38,970 nt of DNA from a virus (taxonomy: Duplodnaviria > Caudoviricetes). The DNA is taken from positions 1 to 38,970 of the IMG/VR virus record IMGVR_UViG_3300020045_020419. One strand, written 5' to 3'. Under the pieces are notes generated by a model that made no database searches, was not told the origin of the DNA, and was given only the letters and a program-made list of their open reading frames with translations. Below, in pieces: positions 18,707 to 28,969 of the stretch. A program made the translations under genes and the position numbers. Numbering within the stretch: position 1 is the stretch's first letter; each line of letters starts with the position of its first letter.

Positions 18707-21082
18707 ATGGCTAAAGTAGTAAAGAGAATGACTTCTGATTTTAATCAGGCAGAAAGTATAGGATTATTATTTGAGGTTTTGTTGAAAGATCCAAATCTTC
18801 CAACTCCAATATATGCAACTATTCAACAGCTTCAGTCTGTATTCTCCGGTGGTGGTTCTGCTGACGGTGGAGTGCTTGAGTCAATTGCTGCAATGGATGC
18901 AGCTGATCATGGTAAATTCTATGGAGTTCAACTTCCGGAAGTTCACCCAGAACTTGGAATTGACCATTTTAATCTGACATGCTTAAGAGTTGGGTCAGGT
19001 GATGGACGTATTCAGATTGCATACGGATACAGTTCAACAGGCAACATGCAATGGATTAGATCAGGAGAAACTAATAGTTACGGAGAATTTAATGCTCAAG
19101 CTTCACAAGATTGGGTTAGCAAAAATTTCGCAGAAGCTTCTTCCGGCATCACCCCCCCATTATCCGAAACAGTACAATTCACTATAGGCGCTAATACGTA
19201 TACAATTACAGACGAATCAGCCGAAAACATAACAGTGCAAGCCATAGTGACCGGAAGCATTGATTACGGAGTCCTCACGGCTGATAAAGCCGTGAAAATA
19301 ATTAATGCGGGACCAGCAGCTATAACCATAGATGGCACATCTGTAGCAGCAGGAGTAACCGCCTTTGCTATCTTTGATTTAGCTACCGGAGATTGGACCA
19401 TATCCACCGTAATTGACCCTATAGTTCCTAATTATTCAGATATTGCAGTAGCACAATATACAACAACAGGAGTAGTTTTATCGCCAATAGGTTACTTCAA
19501 AATTGCAGCGCATGGTATGGGAGGTACTACTGCAGGGAATTTGATATTTGTAAATAATGTTGCTCAACAAAGTGCAATTGGCGTTTATCAAGCCCTTGAA
19601 GGTGCTGGCAGTGGTGAAATCAAAGCTAAAAAGATTGCAACAGGTGTAAAACTAAATGTAGTTCGTGTAGCTTCAGGAGCTGTATATGTGTCACAATACG
19701 ATGGCCTTAATATTACATCCCTTAAATTTTCCGAAATGTCGACCAAAGAATACGCAGAATCTTTGGTGGTAAATATTTGGAAAGACAAAGGTAATTGGAA
19801 TCCTTCCGAAAATGCTAACCAATACCCAATTGCCACAGGCATAAAAAAAGGCTGGTTATGGGTAATATCAGGCTTAGGTACAGGAATATCTGCTGCCATG
19901 GGAACTGTAACCGTGCAAGATGGTGACACTGTTCGCGCTTTGGTTGATAATCCTGGACAAACAGATACCAATTGGACAACCTTAGAAAATAATCTGGGCT
20001 ATACTCCAGAAAATTCAAATAATAAAACGGATGATGTTGAAAGTCACAAGACATCATCTGTAAAATTTGCTTCCGTAAAAGGAAACGTTGATTGGATTAC
20101 TGCAAGATTTGCAAAGTTAGTACCTACAGCAACGCAAACATTTACCGTCGGAGATTACAAAATTGTTGTAAAATCAGGACCAACCCATACAACTGGAGAA
20201 TATATTTTTGAAGTTCAAAATAATGCTGGATCAACATTATTTGGTATAAACACGCAAGGGAATGCGTATTTTAGAGGATCAGCCCAATCAGATTCTATTG
20301 GTTCTATTGGTCGATGGTTAATTGACGCAAATGAAGGTTATACATCAGGAAGTTTGAGCGGTTTAAAATGGGGAAATGCAGCTTCTGCAGGTTCGACAAA
20401 AGATACTGCCATAATGCGAAATTCGGCAGGGGTTGTAGAAATCAATAACGGAACACCTGGACAATTACGAGATGCTATAATGCGAGGACTAAAAGTTGGT
20501 ACAGTATACCAAACTCAATTAACAGTAGCTACAAATAACACATCAATCACAACTATATCAGTAGGACATACTACTAATTTTCCTGAAACTGGAACAATAT
20601 TAATAGGAACTACATCAATAAATTATACATCAAAAACATCAACGTCGATTAGTTTCTCAGCTCAGGTAGTTCCAACGTATGCGATTGGTACGACCGTGTT
20701 GGTTACAAGTTCAAGAAGTTACACAGAAATATTAGCAGATGGAAGTATAATCGAAAGTATGAATGTGCTCACTGCTGGCACTGTTGAGACAACTTACCCG
20801 CTTATGCGAGGAAAAGAAACAAACATACTTAATAATTTGCCGACAGGTGTAAATTCCATATTCACGATTCCAACGCCAGAAGCCGGATTTAAGAACGAAT
20901 CAGTAGTTCACTTTTCGGTAGGTTCATCATTGCCAACATTGGTTTACTCAGGATTTACGCCAAAGTGGCTAAATAATAGAGCACTATCAACAGTTGCAAA
21001 TAAATCATATACAATCGTTTTTGAGCAAGTTCGTACTGCATCGGGCACATGGATTGTTAAAGCTAGTTACGGAGAGTATTAA
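18707..21082 (+). CDS. Tail fibre/receptor-binding protein
   Basis: 791 aa, G/T/S-rich and modular, near the end of the late operon. Confidence 0.75.
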   Translation: MAKVVKRMTSDFNQAESIGLLFEVLLKDPNLPTPIYATIQQLQSVFSGGGSADGGVLESIAAMDAADHGKFYGVQLPEVHPELGIDHFNLTCLRVGSGDGRIQIAYGYSSTGNMQWIRSGETNSYGEFNAQASQDWVSKNFAEASSGITPPLSETVQFTIGANTYTITDESAENITVQAIVTGSIDYGVLTADKAVKIINAGPAAITIDGTSVAAGVTAFAIFDLATGDWTISTVIDPIVPNYSDIAVAQYTTTGVVLSPIGYFKIAAHGMGGTTAGNLIFVNNVAQQSAIGVYQALEGAGSGEIKAKKIATGVKLNVVRVASGAVYVSQYDGLNITSLKFSEMSTKEYAESLVVNIWKDKGNWNPSENANQYPIATGIKKGWLWVISGLGTGISAAMGTVTVQDGDTVRALVDNPGQTDTNWTTLENNLGYTPENSNNKTDDVESHKTSSVKFASVKGNVDWITARFAKLVPTATQTFTVGDYKIVVKSGPTHTTGEYIFEVQNNAGSTLFGINTQGNAYFRGSAQSDSIGSIGRWLIDANEGYTSGSLSGLKWGNAASAGSTKDTAIMRNSAGVVEINNGTPGQLRDAIMRGLKVGTVYQTQLTVATNNTSITTISVGHTTNFPETGTILIGTTSINYTSKTSTSISFSAQVVPTYAIGTTVLVTSSRSYTEILADGSIIESMNVLTAGTVETTYPLMRGKETNILNNLPTGVNSIFTIPTPEAGFKNESVVHFSVGSSLPTLVYSGFTPKWLNNRALSTVANKSYTIVFEQVRTASGTWIVKASYGEY

Positions 21083-21083
21083 T

Positions 21084-22007
21084 ATGGGACACTACGCACA
21101 AAGATTTTTTGGACAATCATACTTACTTGATAAGTACGTAGCGCGTTATGCCTTTTCGCTTAGAAAACTGAGAGCTACTTATTCAGGCAAAGCAATAAAC
21201 GTAATAAGATCTACAGATAGCGTAGAATACCAAGTTGGTTTTGTAGGAGATAAATTAGACACAGAAGGCCTTATGTCGTTCATAGGGTCTGCAACAGCTT
21301 ACGTTGAGAGTGTGTATAGTCAGGGAGTTAGATCAAATGGTCAGTCCGCCTCTTTATATAATAACGGAATTATTGGGGCTCAATATCCAGTAATCGTAGA
21401 AAATGGGATTTTATGTGTTGATGAAAATGGACTTCCTGAAATAAGATATCCAAGTGCGTCTGTAATAACAGGACTGAGTGTACTTACTAATGGCGGATCA
21501 ACATATAATATACCTGAATATGAAGGATTATTAAAAATGAGTCATTTGTACGTAGCTTCATTTGCGCCAAGCACAAATAGTAAAATACTGATAAATGCAA
21601 ATAATGTTGGATTTACAAACTCTGCGTTAGACGATATAATTTCTTATAATGATTCTTTAGGATTAGTATCATATCAAAATAGATCTACAACTGGTGTTGC
21701 AGAATCTACTACATCTGCATTGATTTATGATAAAAAATCAGTAATCATAAGCAATGTGCTATCAGAAAGTTCACAGTCATTATCAATAAATGGAGTAAAT
21801 ACAGTAACAACAGGTTTAAGTATTGGAATACCTACATCTAATGCAGGTATATTTATTGGGAACAAAGCCTCTGGAAGATCAGCCACGAATCAATTTAAAG
21901 GTTCATTTTCTGAGATAATATTTTGGCTAAACGATAGTATTCAATCTGACGACATCCGAATGGATATAGAAGCTGACATAAAATCGTATTATAAAATAGA
22001 ATTTTGA
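21084..22007 (+). CDS. Concanavalin/LamG-like lectin-fold tail accessory protein
   Basis: AFSLRKLRATYSGKAINV.R and IGN...FKGSFSEIIFW motifs; ATG 1 nt after the fibre stop. Confidence 0.65.
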   Translation: MGHYAQRFFGQSYLLDKYVARYAFSLRKLRATYSGKAINVIRSTDSVEYQVGFVGDKLDTEGLMSFIGSATAYVESVYSQGVRSNGQSASLYNNGIIGAQYPVIVENGILCVDENGLPEIRYPSASVITGLSVLTNGGSTYNIPEYEGLLKMSHLYVASFAPSTNSKILINANNVGFTNSALDDIISYNDSLGLVSYQNRSTTGVAESTTSALIYDKKSVIISNVLSESSQSLSINGVNTVTTGLSIGIPTSNAGIFIGNKASGRSATNQFKGSFSEIIFWLNDSIQSDDIRMDIEADIKSYYKIEF

Positions 22008-22023
22008 AATAGCTTTAAAGAGT

Positions 22024-22066
22024 AAAAAAAGCGGTCGGTAATAATTTACCAACCGTTTTTTTTTTT
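22024..22066. terminator. Bidirectional terminator between the late operon and the integrase
   Basis: A7-GCGGTCGGTAA...TTACCAACCGT followed by a T run, between convergent genes. Confidence 0.85.
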
Positions 22067-23214
22067 TACTCTTTAATTTTTGACACAACAGTATTAATCA
22101 ATTCAATATTAGGTTTCCCAATATATTTACCTACCATTTTTTCAGACTTATGATCAGTTAGTTTTTGAATCACATTTCGTTGTATTCCTGAATTTTCCAA
22201 ATTGGTAATCCCGGTATCGCGATACGAGTACAATTGTGAGTCAAGTCCGAGTCCTGTTTTATCTCGCAGTTTTACCCAATATTTATCCAACTTTTTAGTA
22301 TCAGTTTTTTTAGGTCCTGGTTCCAAATTACTTGTCACTAAATAATAATTAAGTGGATATCTTTCTAAGTGATAATTATCAAGTATTTTTAATACAAGCC
22401 AATCCGGAAGATAAGCATATCTGAAGTTTTTTGTTTTTGATTTGCCTTTGGGTATTTTAATTACTTTTTCATACAAATCAATATTCTCAATTTGCACCCG
22501 GCAAATTTCAGCAGGTCGCAGAAAAGCAGCTCGCACTAAATCTACTACTATTTCAAATTTAGGATAATAGGTTCTGCAATATTCAACTACTTTATCGTGA
22601 ATATGTGGATCAATTACTTGTCTTATTTTTTCGGCTTCAACTTTCTTTTTGAAACCGGTAAACACATTGGATTTAGCATAGTTTTTCTCAATCAACCAAT
22701 ACCACAGCGATTTATAGAATACCATATAATTATTCCATGTTCTGTTTCCAATTTTTGGATCCAGCTCCAATGAAGTCAGAAATTCAACAGCTAAATCTTT
22801 GTTAAAATCGATTACATATATGTTTTGAAGTCGATTATTAGTCAGCCATGTTTTCAACCGTTTCATATATGATTTGTAACTGTTGAATCCATCTTCACGC
22901 ATTTCCTTATCTTTTATGATATAAAATAGATCAATGGCTTCGAATAATAAAGTATATGCTTTTGGCATTTCAGCTTCAATCAATGGGTTTTTACCCATTT
23001 CAAGTTTCATGTTGATTTCAGCACATGCTTTGTTGAGCATTCGCATTATTTCACGTTTCGGATATTTCCCGATCATGTGATTAAATCTTAATACCTTTCG
23101 CTTTTTTTTGTTCTCTTTAGAATCCCAGCAATAGTATTTAATAAGTAATTCTTTTCCTTCACATATCCGTGCAGGCTCGTAGTTTATTTTGAAATTGTCG
23201 TTAATTAATGCCAT
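22066..23214 (-). CDS. int: Phage integrase (tyrosine recombinase)
   Basis: AFLRPAEI, KSK, YSYRDTG, LTDH and KY catalytic motifs; adjacent to attP. Confidence 0.92.
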   Translation of the reverse strand: MALINDNFKINYEPARICEGKELLIKYYCWDSKENKKKRKVLRFNHMIGKYPKREIMRMLNKACAEINMKLEMGKNPLIEAEMPKAYTLLFEAIDLFYIIKDKEMREDGFNSYKSYMKRLKTWLTNNRLQNIYVIDFNKDLAVEFLTSLELDPKIGNRTWNNYMVFYKSLWYWLIEKNYAKSNVFTGFKKKVEAEKIRQVIDPHIHDKVVEYCRTYYPKFEIVVDLVRAAFLRPAEICRVQIENIDLYEKVIKIPKGKSKTKNFRYAYLPDWLVLKILDNYHLERYPLNYYLVTSNLEPGPKKTDTKKLDKYWVKLRDKTGLGLDSQLYSYRDTGITNLENSGIQRNVIQKLTDHKSEKMVGKYIGKPNIELINTVVSKIKE

Positions 23215-23289
23215 AACAGTAAGTTTTTTAAAAGTGTAACTTATTGCGTAGCAGCATTATTTTATTTAGGTGGGAGTCAGGCAAAAAAG

Positions 23290-23492
23290 TGCCTCAAATT
23301 TGCCTCAGTAAAATAAAAAAAATGCTGCATGTTTTTCACATACAGCATTTTACATTATCATAAGCGGAGAGAGAGGGACTGTTCTCGCTTATATTTTATT
23401 CAAAATTGAATTTGCAAAATGCTGAATGTCTGCAATTTAGTGTTTTTTGTATTTTGATATTTTACAGCTTATTGCCTCAAATTTGCCTCAGT
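23290..23492. other. attP with tRNA-Ser 3'-end core and arm-type repeats
   Basis: GCGGAGAGAGAGGGA (23364-23378) is the reverse complement of TCCCTCTCTCTCCGC. Perfect 20-bp direct repeats TGCCTCAAATTTGCCTCAGT at 23290 and 23473. Confidence 0.85.
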
Positions 23493-23516
23493 GCACAATA
23501 AATAAAAAACTGATTT

Positions 23517-23855
23517 TTAATTAGTTGGAAATTTTATTTCATTATTAGTTATCATCTCTTCGGCAATTTCTAACTGCAGGTTAAGAGATGTAATTTTTTG
23601 GACTGCTTTAAATAAATCGTTTTCTGCTTGATCAATCCTGGTAATCATATCTAATGCAGGATTCGATTCTGTAAGCTCTTTCAGAAGATATATAGTCTTT
23701 TGAACCGCATCATATATTTTCAACTCCGGATCTGAAATTGTAATCTTATTGGATCCAGACTTACCACTCCTGATATATTTTGTCAATTCAGCAATGAAAA
23801 GGCCTGTATTCTTTTCATATCTTTCAATGAAGTCTATTAAGTCAGCATTACTCAT
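23517..23855 (-). CDS. Hypothetical protein co-transcribed with the repressor
   Basis: 112 aa; overlaps the repressor stop. Confidence 0.7.
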   Translation of the reverse strand: MSNADLIDFIERYEKNTGLFIAELTKYIRSGKSGSNKITISDPELKIYDAVQKTIYLLKELTESNPALDMITRIDQAENDLFKAVQKITSLNLQLEIAEEMITNNEIKFPTN

Positions 23856-24204
23856 CTCTTTTGATTTTATCGGTTAGTTTATTTAAGAGTTCACGTTGGA
23901 ATCTAATTGTTTCCCGGAGCTCTTTAATTAATTCATCTTTATCTGATAAATTGTACGCAGGAGGTGGTTCTTGTAGTATACTATTTTGAACCTGAATTGG
24001 ATTAAGCATTTCTCCATTACCATAAAGTAACCACTCTTTGCTTAGATTAGGATATGCCTTTAGAACATTTTCTAATTTTGTCACTCCAAAACCAAGTCTC
24101 ATGCTCTGCACATAGCCATTACTAAGATTGCAATTCTTCTCAAATTGACTTATGGATATTTTTTGATTATCCACAAATACTTTAATTCTTTCCTTAATTT
24201 GCAT
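23848..24204 (-). CDS. CI-like XRE/HTH repressor (no S24 peptidase domain)
   Basis: IKERI...ISISQFEKNCNLSNGYV...YPNLSKEWLLYGNGEM; divergent from the early operon. Confidence 0.85.
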   Translation of the reverse strand: MQIKERIKVFVDNQKISISQFEKNCNLSNGYVQSMRLGFGVTKLENVLKAYPNLSKEWLLYGNGEMLNPIQVQNSILQEPPPAYNLSDKDELIKELRETIRFQRELLNKLTDKIKRDE

Positions 24205-24240
24205 ATTATCAGAGTATTAACAAATATTAATACTATTTTT

Positions 24241-24292
24241 TAGAAAATGTTCGAAATATATTTTGATTATATTAGAACATGTTCTATATTTG
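24241..24292 (+). promoter_or_regulatory. Early promoter with two operator palindromes
   Basis: TAGAAAATGTTCGA (24241) and perfect TAGAACATGTTCTA (24273-24286), the latter overlapping TATATTTG (24285-24292); TTTG at 24262. Confidence 0.75.
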
Positions 24293-24372
24293 CACTGTGT
24301 TTATAAAAAACATGCGCTTTGCATGTACTTTGCAAAGATAATTCAGCAAATATACTAAAACAATACAAAAAA

Positions 24373-24621
24373 ATGGGTAAAAATCAGGACAATTTTAAAG
24401 AGACACTGAATGGTATTCAGAAGTTTCTATCGGAAAAAAAGCAACTTAAGAATCTGGCCGATCGTTCAGGCGTTTCATTGCGCACTGTTTACGACACTTT
24501 CGAAGTAGAAAGTTTTTCTCAATTAGCAGGAAAACAACTGGCTGTTTATCAAACTTCAATCTTAATGGTAGAAGAAATTAAAAAACTTCCTCAACTGGCT
24601 GAAAATGCTATCAACAAATAA
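24373..24621 (+). CDS. Cro-like HTH protein
   Basis: LKNLADRSGVSLRTVY HTH; first gene divergent from the repressor. Confidence 0.7.
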   Translation: MGKNQDNFKETLNGIQKFLSEKKQLKNLADRSGVSLRTVYDTFEVESFSQLAGKQLAVYQTSILMVEEIKKLPQLAENAINK

Positions 24622-24625
24622 GGTT

Positions 24626-25003
24626 ATGAAAGCGACATTATCACATTCAGAATTTGAGATAGCCGAACGCCTGGCGCTCGGTGAATCTAAAAAAGAAGTT
24701 GCTGATAAAACGAACAGAAGTGTATTCACTGTCGAAACCACTGTGAAAAACATCTACCAAAAATTAGGTTTCAATAAATTATCTGATCTGGTTCTTTGGT
24801 ATTGCGGACAAACATTCAATATATCACTCCAGATATCAGAGCGCAAAAAACAAGTTCTTTCAATTATTCTATTAGTTCTGTTTATTTCTTTCGAATGTGC
24901 TTCTGACAATTCATACTGTAGAGTAAGAAGATCCGGGCGAAGAAAAGGAGATTCTGAGTTATGTGAAGCGGATGCTGAATTATACATGGAATCAGAAATT
25001 TAA
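24626..25003 (+). CDS. LuxR-type HTH regulator
   Basis: LSHSEFEIAERLALGESKKEVA...SVFTVETTVKNIYQKLG. Confidence 0.85.
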   Translation: MKATLSHSEFEIAERLALGESKKEVADKTNRSVFTVETTVKNIYQKLGFNKLSDLVLWYCGQTFNISLQISERKKQVLSIILLVLFISFECASDNSYCRVRRSGRRKGDSELCEADAELYMESEI

Positions 25004-25089
25004 AAATAGGTTGCAAGGCGTTGCAACTGGTAAATACAACATTTTACATTATCATCATCTCACATTTTTTTTACTTTAAATTATAAATT

Positions 25090-25491
25090 ATGACACATAC
25101 AACCATTCAGTTTGAAATACAGCTTCTACAAATGAATGTAGAAATTGAATCGATTCATAAAAGAGGGCAATTTGTTCACTATGTAATTGGATTCATCAAT
25201 GGAGTACGCCACAAATGGGATGCGTTTGGATCTTGTTTTTGTGGTCAAATTCGCGAACCTCAGTATGATTTGAAATTCATATCAATTTCTTCAGATCAAA
25301 ATACCATTTCATTCGGACCCGAAAAACATGTTTTTACCCCAAAAACAATATTCACCCGAAAGCGTGTTTGCGCGATATGCTCACTGAAATCGGCTTGTGG
25401 AAAAGAACCATGGGATGAAATACTTTTTCCATGTATGCCGGCTGCACGAATTGACAAACGAAATGGATTCTTTAAAACCAAAAAAGCATGA
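25090..25491 (+). CDS. Hypothetical protein with a Cys-rich C-terminus
   Basis: CAICSL..C...C motif; early operon. Confidence 0.7.
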   Translation: MTHTTIQFEIQLLQMNVEIESIHKRGQFVHYVIGFINGVRHKWDAFGSCFCGQIREPQYDLKFISISSDQNTISFGPEKHVFTPKTIFTRKRVCAICSLKSACGKEPWDEILFPCMPAARIDKRNGFFKTKKA

Positions 25492-25766
25492 TTAGCGTAA
25501 ACATATTATTCTCAATTACTGATGCTATTGCAGTTTTCAGAAATGCCGGATTAGTAGTAGAAATGAGAAACTTTGAAGTTTCATTCCCAATACATCATTC
25601 AGCTGAATATCGAACAGAAACAATTCCGATAATGGCAGTAGTCAATCCATTTACAGGTGAACCTGAAAAATTAGAGGAATCTTTCAATAAGTATTTAGAA
25701 CTAAAAAAAAACGAACTATTTCTCAGTCCTGAAAAGCTCGAAATATATAATCTATTCAAACATTAA
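25488..25766 (+). CDS. Hypothetical protein
   Basis: ATGA overlap with the previous gene. Confidence 0.7.
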   Translation: MISVNILFSITDAIAVFRNAGLVVEMRNFEVSFPIHHSAEYRTETIPIMAVVNPFTGEPEKLEESFNKYLELKKNELFLSPEKLEIYNLFKH

Positions 25767-26257
25767 TGCCAATGAAGCCAATATGGGATAAATACTCAAT
25801 GTCGATAAGTGAATTAATATCGATGATTGAAGAGTTCGGAGAGGGGTTGACAGAAGCAAGATTTCAGAAAGCGTTCAGAAAAATAGTAATAGCCTCAGAA
25901 AAAGTAGTAGAACAGCACAATTCGCTCGACAAAATGATCGATCCTATAGCAGCTATTGATGTAAAACTACCTTTTGAAAGTAAAGAATTTGCGGACATGT
26001 GGAATATATACAAAGAGTATATGATTGAAAGTCACAATTATGTGATTAAAAGCCGACAGGAAACAATTCTACTTTCACGCCTTAAAAGGCTGGCCGATAA
26101 TAATCAGAATCGCGCTGTAATGATGCTGGAGCTTTTTATTTCTTCCGGATATAAATCGATATTCAAACCATCAGAAAAACAATTAACCGGAGACGAGCCA
26201 ACAAAACCTGAAGAGCAAGCAGCCGGACTTGATTTAGCGAAAAAGGAAAAACTTTAA
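25766..26257 (+). CDS. Hypothetical protein, possibly replication-associated
   Basis: PFESKEF..MW..YKEY...ISSGYKSIF resembles C-terminal domains of phage replication proteins. Confidence 0.55.
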   Translation: MPMKPIWDKYSMSISELISMIEEFGEGLTEARFQKAFRKIVIASEKVVEQHNSLDKMIDPIAAIDVKLPFESKEFADMWNIYKEYMIESHNYVIKSRQETILLSRLKRLADNNQNRAVMMLELFISSGYKSIFKPSEKQLTGDEPTKPEEQAAGLDLAKKEKL

Positions 26258-26456
26258 ACTCCCGACAAGGAACCCACGCAAAGAGTTGCATGGTGGTGGA
26301 GAGAGACCACCGGTGGAGCGAATCGGAATTAATGAACCAATAAAATCGTGTGATAGTGATTTAAAGTTCAATGTACCCTTCCGGGGAGTTGTCTCGACAG
26401 ACACCGCTTCAACTATTTTTTTAAAACAAAGTGCGAACCAAAAAAAAGAACATTCA

Positions 26457-26552
26457 ATGAAAAATATCAGACTTAAAAATGCAATTCAGTGGACAGTTTT
26501 CGGCTCAATTATAGCCCTGTTTTTTTTCTTACTTATTATCTCATTAAAATAA
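26457..26552 (+). CDS. Small single-TM protein (31 aa)
   Basis: ATG 26457 with an A-rich leader; hydrophobic C-terminus. Confidence 0.45.
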   Translation: MKNIRLKNAIQWTVFGSIIALFFFLLIISLK

Positions 26553-26558
26553 GCTCAA

Positions 26559-26816
26559 GTGCGGACCGCTTCACCCACAAATCAACTCACGCTTCCATTC
26601 TTTGACATTCAGACGATGCCAAAGCAAAAGAAGCAACCGAAACCTGCAGGAAGATCGCAGGATTCGGAGGGAAGATTTGTGGTTGAAGTTCAAATTCCAA
26701 CACCGGAAGTTTTTCGGGAAACGGAAAAAAGAAGAGATGAATCGTATGCCAAACGGTTACGACAGGTAGAAGAAGAAAATCTGAGACTTAAGGCTAAACT
26801 GGCGCAATATGAATAA
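26559..26816 (+). CDS. Hypothetical protein
   Basis: C-terminal coiled coil; overlaps the next gene. Confidence 0.55.
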   Translation: MRTASPTNQLTLPFFDIQTMPKQKKQPKPAGRSQDSEGRFVVEVQIPTPEVFRETEKRRDESYAKRLRQVEEENLRLKAKLAQYE

Positions 26817-27048
26817 GCAAACAGCCATCCAGATACTTAAAATTGACGAAGATATATTTCAGATCAGAGATTTTAAGAAAAGCTTATCAATTGAGCAAAA
26901 CGATCTGCAAAACTCATTAGAACTACTTATTAATCAATTACTAACCGATAAAATTAAATTGTATAATGCAACAGACAATAGAACAATTGAGCCAGACGCA
27001 ATTGAAGATCAGGAATTTATATCCTACATACGAAAAGTTTATTATTGA
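26809..27048 (+). CDS. Hypothetical protein
   Basis: 79 aa; overlaps the next ORF by 83 nt. Confidence 0.5.
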   Translation: MNKQTAIQILKIDEDIFQIRDFKKSLSIEQNDLQNSLELLINQLLTDKIKLYNATDNRTIEPDAIEDQEFISYIRKVYY

Positions 27049-27676
27049 CTATAAACCGGCTCAACTACTTGTCACGTACGATGAGGTGAACACGCTGGAG
27101 CAAAGTATTGAAAAGGATAGAATGTCAATCGAAGATTTATCCAAAATTTATCCGGATCAAAAAAGAAACTATTCAGTTGAATACATAGTTCAATGGCTCG
27201 ATTATTTGAACAGATTCAGCAATATAAATAAGCAGCTTACCGAACTTAATGCAGTGGCCTACATGATTTATAAGGACTATAAAAAGCTATTTCTCACCGA
27301 CTTCAAAATAGTATTCGAAAAAATAATGAGAGCTGAATATGGTACATTCTACGGATCAGTTGATGCACAACGAATTCTATTTGCTTTCATGTCATACAAT
27401 ACAGAGCGAAACCTTCTCCTTCGTAAAATGAATATCGACAGCAAAATAATTCAGGAAAACCAAAAAAACACAAAGTCAGAACTCCAACGATACTTAGAAA
27501 ATAAACAGTCGGAGGTTGAATTTGAAGTTGTGCAGCTTCTGAAATTAGACTACAAAGAATTATCCGGACTTGAATATAACAAAAAGAAAATAGAGCTGAT
27601 TCAGGAAAGATTGCCTGCAGCTCTTGATAAAGGAAGAGAAGAATACCTCCAAATACAAACAGAAAAACAAAAATAG
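26966..27676 (+). CDS. Hypothetical replication-module protein
   Basis: 236 aa, EYGTFYGSVD motif, directly upstream of the VapE-like ATPase. Confidence 0.7.
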   Translation: MQQTIEQLSQTQLKIRNLYPTYEKFIIDYKPAQLLVTYDEVNTLEQSIEKDRMSIEDLSKIYPDQKRNYSVEYIVQWLDYLNRFSNINKQLTELNAVAYMIYKDYKKLFLTDFKIVFEKIMRAEYGTFYGSVDAQRILFAFMSYNTERNLLLRKMNIDSKIIQENQKNTKSELQRYLENKQSEVEFEVVQLLKLDYKELSGLEYNKKKIELIQERLPAALDKGREEYLQIQTEKQK

Positions 27677-27682
27677 CCTGAT

Positions 27683-28948
27683 ATGCAATTAGAAAAACCC
27701 AAAAAGACAGAGAAACAAACATCAATATTTGATGATAAAATTAAGTACGTCGCCAACTTTCTGCTGGAGCATTACGAGATCAGAGTTTCAGTTCAGGATC
27801 CATCTAAAAAATACATTCAATGTAAAGATGAAGATCGCAAAGACATAGAACCAAACTTTCGCGAAATATCGCTGCATTTAGCCTCGAATGGATATACAGT
27901 AGGTGATGCAACGCTCCGTAAGATAATGAGTTCACCTTACTATATTCCTCATTGCGATCCGATAAAAGAATATTTTGCCAAAATTGAAGGAAAATGGAAA
28001 GGTAAATCGCAGATCGATCTTCTTTGTCAACACATCAAAGTCAGGGTATTTGAAGACAATACTGAAGAGTTCTACACACAAAGAGCCTATAATCTAATAC
28101 GCAAATGGCTTGTAGCTTGTTTAGGAACGTGGCTGGGGGATGATCAATACAAACAAAATGATGTGTGTTTAGGCCTGATACAAGCAGCCGGTGGAGCTGG
28201 TAAATCATCACTTGCAAGGTTTCTTCTTCCTAAAGTTTTGGGTGACTATTATATTGAGACTTCAGATGATGAGAAAAAATTCGATATGGAAGATGTGTAC
28301 TGCAGATATATGCTTATCAACTACGAAGAAACAGCAGGTCTCAAAAAATCAACAATCAATACGTACAAAAAATGTCAGTCAGCAATGTGGATAACCACAA
28401 AGCAACGACACGAGGAGTTTGCCTCAAAGAAAAAACGCATCGGCTGCTCATTTCTCAATACCAATTTTAATCAGGAAAATGGAGGATTTATTCAATCGTG
28501 GTATGGATCTGACACAAGGCGTTTTGGACTAATTGAGATAACAGACATTGACCAGGAATACTCTAAAAAAGTAGATATTGATCAGCTTTGGAGTGAAGTG
28601 CTAACACTATACAAATCAAGTTCTTTCAATTATGTGTTTGATAAGCCTGATTACGAAGACTTCAATATATACAATTTGCGCTATCTCAACGAAACCAATG
28701 CAATGAAGATATTGCAACGATCAATCCGACATCCGGAGCCGGGAGAAGAAGGAGAAAAAATGAACCCAACACAAATAATGCAGCGCCTGATTCAGCTCCG
28801 CAAAATAAAATCAGATGAGATGAAAGATGTAACACCACAGCGAATCGGCCAGGCGCTCAACTCACTCGGTTACGAACAAATTTCTTACCGGTCCAAAACC
28901 GACAACAACGAATCAAGAAAAGGATATCATGTTCAATTTTTAGAATAA
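27683..28948 (+). CDS. VapE-like P-loop ATPase (putative replicative helicase)
   Basis: AGGAGKSS Walker A, LINYEE Walker B, NTN, DTRRF and IDQLWSE motifs. Confidence 0.85.
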   Translation: MQLEKPKKTEKQTSIFDDKIKYVANFLLEHYEIRVSVQDPSKKYIQCKDEDRKDIEPNFREISLHLASNGYTVGDATLRKIMSSPYYIPHCDPIKEYFAKIEGKWKGKSQIDLLCQHIKVRVFEDNTEEFYTQRAYNLIRKWLVACLGTWLGDDQYKQNDVCLGLIQAAGGAGKSSLARFLLPKVLGDYYIETSDDEKKFDMEDVYCRYMLINYEETAGLKKSTINTYKKCQSAMWITTKQRHEEFASKKKRIGCSFLNTNFNQENGGFIQSWYGSDTRRFGLIEITDIDQEYSKKVDIDQLWSEVLTLYKSSSFNYVFDKPDYEDFNIYNLRYLNETNAMKILQRSIRHPEPGEEGEKMNPTQIMQRLIQLRKIKSDEMKDVTPQRIGQALNSLGYEQISYRSKTDNNESRKGYHVQFLE

Positions 28949-28969
28949 TAATTTAATCAATAAAATGCA

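Noticed and set aside
18707-22007. Diversity-generating retroelement acting on the tail fibre
   Set aside because: No reverse transcriptase and no TR/VR repeat pair seen in the window.
23364-23378. tRNA-Ser gene
   Set aside because: Only the last 15 nt are present; this is the attP core.
26259-26325. tRNA-like element (GGTGG-AGAGAGA-CCACC hairpin, CTCC...GGAG ends)
   Set aside because: No TTCG loop and no convincing D or anticodon arms; at most a small hairpin.
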